Shown: one piece after another, positions 32,479 to 36,877 of the stretch
Numbering within the stretch: the stretch's first letter is position 1
Layout of the letters: each line of letters opens with the position of its first letter
Origin: an uncultured virus (IMG/VR IMGVR_UViG_3300021197_001002)
Taxonomy: Duplodnaviria; Heunggongvirae; Uroviricota; Caudoviricetes
Length of the DNA: 36,877 nt
Direction: 5' to 3' (one strand)
Virus record (IMG/VR): IMGVR_UViG_3300021197_001002
Program-made: the position numbers and the translations under genes
Notes under the pieces: model-generated
Database searches by the model: none
The model's input: only the letters and a program-made list of their open reading frames with translations
What the model was told of the DNA's origin: nothing

Positions 32479-34861
32479 CCTCTCCTTTCTTCATAAGTTT
32501 TGAATAGAAATCTTTCTGCAAGTCATGTGGCATGGCATCGAGTAAAGCATGAGTGGATGAGTTTACTTGTGCAAACAGTTGAGTGAATTTATTGTAGTGG
32601 TAATCTGTAAGCATGTTGACATCAACTCCTTGCGCCCATGCGTAGAATGATGGTACTACACCCATGTCATCCTGTGTGTTTTGATTCTCCTGAATGTTCT
32701 GCTTGTACACCAATACTCTTGCATGGACGAGCATTGAATACTCTTCGTCAACTGTTGACCCTTCTTGTTCTTCATCAGGGAAGTACACACCATCTTTGTC
32801 CTGTGATAGATTTACTTTCATAGGGATAGTAGGTATGATAGATGCTTTGATTTTATCAGCATACATACTGTTACAAGTATTACAATGTTTTGAACCACAA
32901 GGAATGAATAGGTTGTTGCTTGAGTCTCCGTACTTACCTGTATGCATTTGACTGGATGCATATTTCACAACTGTTTCTTCTTGCTCGGCAATCTCTTCGG
33001 GTAAGTCATGGCGTGTGTAGATTGGATTCGCTCGTAGCCCTGTGAGTGTTTGCTTCTTGATGTACTTGAAGATGTGAGTAACATCCTTGACCTCATCCAT
33101 ATCAGGTACGCTCTCGTGTGCGGCCTTCGCCGCATAGTATACTTGGAAGAACTGTTCAGGAGTGAGTGTGTTTTGCTTAGGGTCAGTACCCCAGTCGAGT
33201 GCATTCTTGGAGATGAACTTGTTGAAGAAGAACCCTGTGTTGTGTTGGTTGTTCTCGCAAGTGTTAGCCTCTCCGATTGTATCAAGTAGGTTCTGCTTCG
33301 TCGGATTGTTGAGAAGTTTCTTGACTACTTGTGTGAGTTTGATTGTAGCGTCGATGGATTCTTTGTACTTGGAACCACCGTAGCCACCACTCCATCCACC
33401 GTGGAACTGTTTGCTCAACCACTTGAGTTGCATGATGATGCTGTCGATAGTGATGGGCTGTCGCTCGATGTTGTAGTAGTAGTGCTGACGGTTGCTTGAC
33501 ATGATTCGTGTATTATGTATGTCTGTCCAATTGTCATTGTATAATGCTTGGAGTACAACAGGTACAAGGAGGTCGTGCTTTTGATTACGTTGAGAACGAG
33601 AGTGTCGCAACTCACCTGTGCCGATTGACATACCTGAATTGATAAGCCAACCTACAAAGACACCACCAAAGAATGCTGTGTTGCGTAGGTCAGATAGTGG
33701 TGCGCTTGCGAACTGATGGAAGTGATTGGAGAGCCAACCGTATTGTCGTGCGTAGTCGTAGAGTCCGACTTCGATACCATCAGTAAACGAATCAACGAAT
33801 GGGAATGGGTTGTATGGTTTAGGCTCAAAGGATAGGTCAGTCGTAACCCAACCTGCCACAACCTCTTGCCATGTCTCGCCTACGTTAAGTGGTGTCATGA
33901 AGTATGGAACTTCATACTTACGACATTGCCCTGCGTGGTGTGAGTTGAGTGATGCACCTGAACCCTTGTGGTATACGAACGTACCCTTTGGTGGATTGCA
34001 TCGAAGCATCTCTTCCATGCGAGCCAACTCGGTATCGCTTCCATCTTCAACGATGTGAATGTGTAAGACTTCTTCACGCCCTGTTGGAATGCTACCCTGT
34101 ATAGTTACACCTTCAGGGGCGGGAGTAAGTGGTGCGTGAGGTACTGTCTTGCCACGTAGTTGTACCATGTAGTGCATGTGTTGTATCATGTGAGATTTTC
34201 TCATGGCATCCATGATGTCTGATTCACCTGTGCGTTGAGATACGAACTCGACTTCAACCATCTTTTTGTCAGCACCGAGCGTGTGTAGTGAAGTATCAGA
34301 TGCATAATCAGATACGTGTGGGAGAGTAACGATGAGGTCACTTGTCCCTGCGGTAACACCGTCATGGTTATCACCCATACGAATGTTGCTTGTCGGTTGA
34401 ACAACTGCTGATGCATCTGCCTTGACGAACTTCTGTATCATGATAGAACCAAAGGGGTCAACATACCCATGCTCATACATTGGCTTGGCTGATGTATCTT
34501 TGGAGAACATTGTGTCGATGATGCGTTCAACAATCTCCATCGCTTCGTCGTATGTAGTAGCCGCACTTGATTCAAGAACACCGGGTCGTGCGACGAGTGG
34601 GCAAGCACGTATGAAGTATGTCTCGTAGAGTACACCGTTCGCACCTCGCTTCTCAAAGAACGCATCTGCTTGGGTCAATGCGTCTGCCTGTACCGAGTCA
34701 AGGTCATCCTGTGTGAATGGCATGGTAATATCACCATCCTCGAACATCCCCTGTGGGAGAAGTTGTATTCGTTCCGTGTCAAGGACACGCCAGTTAACTT
34801 CCAACGCACCATTCTTGACAGCCTTAACTGCTTTAACATAATCATCTGCTTTTTGTGACAT
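32453..34861 (-). CDS. PEP-synthase/PPDK-like dikinase: ATP-grasp and phosphohistidine swivel domains plus an unrecognised C-terminal domain
   Basis: FIRACP..RPGVLES, MIQKFV..ASAV, GDNHDGVTAG, VEVEFV and YMVQLRG parallel the PEPS/PPDK nucleotide-binding motifs; GASLNSHHAGQCRKYEVP parallels GGxTSHAAIxxRxxGIP. Confidence 0.72.
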   Translation of the reverse strand: MSQKADDYVKAVKAVKNGALEVNWRVLDTERIQLLPQGMFEDGDITMPFTQDDLDSVQADALTQADAFFEKRGANGVLYETYFIRACPLVARPGVLESSAATTYDEAMEIVERIIDTMFSKDTSAKPMYEHGYVDPFGSIMIQKFVKADASAVVQPTSNIRMGDNHDGVTAGTSDLIVTLPHVSDYASDTSLHTLGADKKMVEVEFVSQRTGESDIMDAMRKSHMIQHMHYMVQLRGKTVPHAPLTPAPEGVTIQGSIPTGREEVLHIHIVEDGSDTELARMEEMLRCNPPKGTFVYHKGSGASLNSHHAGQCRKYEVPYFMTPLNVGETWQEVVAGWVTTDLSFEPKPYNPFPFVDSFTDGIEVGLYDYARQYGWLSNHFHQFASAPLSDLRNTAFFGGVFVGWLINSGMSIGTGELRHSRSQRNQKHDLLVPVVLQALYNDNWTDIHNTRIMSSNRQHYYYNIERQPITIDSIIMQLKWLSKQFHGGWSGGYGGSKYKESIDATIKLTQVVKKLLNNPTKQNLLDTIGEANTCENNQHNTGFFFNKFISKNALDWGTDPKQNTLTPEQFFQVYYAAKAAHESVPDMDEVKDVTHIFKYIKKQTLTGLRANPIYTRHDLPEEIAEQEETVVKYASSQMHTGKYGDSSNNLFIPCGSKHCNTCNSMYADKIKASIIPTIPMKVNLSQDKDGVYFPDEEQEGSTVDEEYSMLVHARVLVYKQNIQENQNTQDDMGVVPSFYAWAQGVDVNMLTDYHYNKFTQLFAQVNSSTHALLDAMPHDLQKDFYSKLMKKGEDDNGQEEE

Positions 34862-34886
34862 ACTTATTCAACTCCGTTTCTCATCT

Positions 34887-34909
34887 TTATTCTCTTTGCC
34901 GATTTATAA
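34887..34909 (-). promoter_or_regulatory. Conserved viral promoter element (copy 9)
   Basis: Exact 23-mer 25 nt upstream of ATG 34861. Confidence 0.85.
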
Positions 34910-34918
34910 AGGAGACTC

Positions 34919-36877
34919 TTATTCATTCTTCTTAGTCTCCTTTTTCTTGGTGAAGAAGTCGGCAGGAATGTCTCCCTTCTCAACCATCTTAGCGAGTAGC
35001 ATACCTGATATGCCCTCACGTTCTTCGAGTGTGCCACCATCGAGTACTGCTTGCACGACCTTGCGCTTTGCTTCGATGACTTCATTGAACTTCTCGTCTA
35101 TTGTATCTGCGACTGATAGGAATACTGCGCTGATGGATTGGCTCTCTTGTCCGATACGATTGATTCTATCTTCGGCTTGTTCCTCCCATGCGGGAACCCA
35201 CTCACGCTCAACGAACAGTACTGTGTCTGCCGCAGTTAATGTGATGCCTTCCTTCGCCGCTACTGTAGAACAGACGAGTACTTTCAAGTCTCCGTTTTGG
35301 AAACGCTCGACCTGCTGTTGCCTTGCTTGCGCTGGCATCTCACCTGCGATTGCACCGATGGCATGACCAATGTTATCGTCAGCCCGTAGTGCTTGGAAGA
35401 TACCTTGACAGACATCCTTGTGATGTGCGAACACAACGATTGGTTTGTCTGTGATGTTAATGTAATCCTGAATGTATTTGATAGCAGGGTCAATCTTCAT
35501 GCGACCACACTCGTGTCGAAGGTCAGTCAACATGTTGAGGACAAAGCCTGATGGTACACGGTTCATGTCTCGTAGTTCCTCGTACTCATCCATCCACTTG
35601 CGAAGCAAGTCATTGTATGCCTTGAGTTCTTTCTTCGATGGTGATGTGTAGTGGAGTGAGCGTACCTTAGCAGGAAGTTCCTTGAGGACTTCGGACTTGA
35701 GCCTACGGATAGTGAAGTCTCTTGTACGAGCATGGAGTTCCTCGCTGTTTGATGTACCGCTAAAGTCCCATACATAATTACCTCGTCCGATAGGAACTTG
35801 ATGTCCGTCGCAGTACCTCTTCTTGAACTCGAAGTTATTGTTGAACTCGTTAGGTCGTAGGAGATTGAGTGTGGTGAAGAACTCGGATGGTCTGTTGGTA
35901 ATGGCTGTACCTGATAGACAGATGACAGACTCCGCTTGCTGTGCTACTGCAAGAGTAGCGATGGTACGCTGTGCCTTATCGTTCTTGAGATAGTGGGACT
36001 CATCACAGATGACTGTTTCAAATTCGTACTCAAGCATCTGATTCAAACGCCCACTCATGATGTCGTAGTTTGCTATGATGATGTCAGCATCAGGGATGTC
36101 TCCCTTACTGCGACCCTCAAGAACAGCAACGTCGTAGTCAGGTAACCATGTACTTACTTCCTTGAGCCAATTGTATTTGACGGAAGCGGGACAGACTACG
36201 AGGACAGGAAGTTTATCCATGTTCATTGCTATGTGTGCGATGGCTTGGATGGTCTTGCCGATACCCATGTCATCACCGATGAGGCAACGACCACCTGCAA
36301 GTTGAGCGAAGTGTACACCCACGTACTGGAATGGATAGAGTTCAAGACCATCAGGGAATGACTCACGTAGATGTTCTTTCATCTCCTGTATGGAATCATT
36401 GTCATCGAGGTCAGCCGCACTACTGATAGCAATTCGTTCTGCTCTCTCTTCCATGTATGATTGTACTTGAGGGATGGTGTTGATTGCATCAGCGATGCGC
36501 TTGAACATTTCAATGTCGGTGTTGTCATGTGCGATGAGTAGTCTGTCGATGAGTGGTGCGGCCTCGCTTAGTGCGACAGTCCATACCTTCTCGTCAGGTA
36601 AGAACTTGCGACCTTGAGTTGCCTTGACTTCACCCATGACCTTTGAACGAATCGTTGGGTCAGCGATGTAAGGCCATGATAATACCACGCTTGCACCACG
36701 TAGTGTTGCTGATACTTCTGTTGTCTTAGGTGTTGATTGCTTGGGTGCATTATACTCTTGTGTAAGTAAGGAAGTATTTACATAGACACCCATTGGTTTG
36801 AATGCCTTGCGTATTGCTTCGAGTGATTCCTTTGAGTTGTCTATACTCCATGTCTTAAAACCCCAATCGAACTTGAC
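34919..36877 (-). CDS. SNF2-family ATPase, SMARCAL1/HARP-like; 5' end beyond the window
   Basis: LYPFQ, DDMGIGKT, CDESH, LSGT, RRLK, EGITLTAA and QAEDRINRIGQ. The frame stays open from ATG 36793 to the window edge (VKFDWGFKTWSID...). Confidence 0.93.
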   Translation of the reverse strand, partial: VKFDWGFKTWSIDNSKESLEAIRKAFKPMGVYVNTSLLTQEYNAPKQSTPKTTEVSATLRGASVVLSWPYIADPTIRSKVMGEVKATQGRKFLPDEKVWTVALSEAAPLIDRLLIAHDNTDIEMFKRIADAINTIPQVQSYMEERAERIAISSAADLDDNDSIQEMKEHLRESFPDGLELYPFQYVGVHFAQLAGGRCLIGDDMGIGKTIQAIAHIAMNMDKLPVLVVCPASVKYNWLKEVSTWLPDYDVAVLEGRSKGDIPDADIIIANYDIMSGRLNQMLEYEFETVICDESHYLKNDKAQRTIATLAVAQQAESVICLSGTAITNRPSEFFTTLNLLRPNEFNNNFEFKKRYCDGHQVPIGRGNYVWDFSGTSNSEELHARTRDFTIRRLKSEVLKELPAKVRSLHYTSPSKKELKAYNDLLRKWMDEYEELRDMNRVPSGFVLNMLTDLRHECGRMKIDPAIKYIQDYINITDKPIVVFAHHKDVCQGIFQALRADDNIGHAIGAIAGEMPAQARQQQVERFQNGDLKVLVCSTVAAKEGITLTAADTVLFVEREWVPAWEEQAEDRINRIGQESQSISAVFLSVADTIDEKFNEVIEAKRKVVQAVLDGGTLEEREGISGMLLAKMVEKGDIPADFFTKKKETKKNE

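Noticed and set aside
31152..34884. Tiny uORFs directly after promoter copies (MKIGDD* at 31172, MRNGVE* at 34884)
   Set aside because: The apparent start codons coincide with the conserved initiator TG, are ATG in only three of nine copies and have no conserved frame or peptide.
34864..35085. 73-aa ORF, and the 17-aa N-terminal extension of RFC (14425-14475), both containing LYKSAKRI
   Set aside because: The shared peptide is simply the promoter element translated, not a protein motif.
43..36145. All plus-strand ORFs and the short minus-strand ORFs nested in other frames
   Set aside because: They are shadows of longer, motif-bearing minus-strand genes that already tile the window, and they show no recognisable motifs.
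1..36877. tRNA/rRNA genes, integrase, transposase or virion structural genes
   Set aside because: None recognised by eye; coding sequence leaves almost no room, though tRNAscan-SE and HMM searches were not run.

Overview
A gene-dense segment of an archaeal tailed dsDNA virus genome in which every credible gene lies on the minus strand. The gene content (group II chaperonin, family B polymerase, PCNA, RFC, archaeo-eukaryotic primase, XPF nuclease, GGAGGTGA ribosome-binding sites, TATA promoters) best fits a Marine Group II/Poseidoniales virus (magrovirus-like). That assignment is inferred from motif recognition, with no database search. Bases 1 to ~16.6 kb form a replication, repair and chaperone module, with a 100-N scaffold gap at 11991-12090. 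Bases ~16.6-36.9 kb form an accessory region of many small genes, two DNA methyltransferases, two CX5R phosphatases, a pyrimidine-dimer glycosylase-like gene, a kinase-like gene, a PEP-synthase/PPDK-like enzyme and a SMARCAL1-like helicase. Four observations stand out. (1) Eight consecutive unrelated genes are joined by a near-identical 16-20 bp RBS/stop/start junction, so all their proteins end in EV(T/K)A; other local junction repeats occur elsewhere, suggesting gene-cassette shuffling. (2) A 23-bp TATA-containing promoter element occurs nine times. (3) A promoter-bounded two-gene unit pairs a dikinase-like enzyme with an unrecognised acceptor domain and a CX5R phosphatase. (4) Four tandem paralogues share a MIDTDK start and have variable middles.
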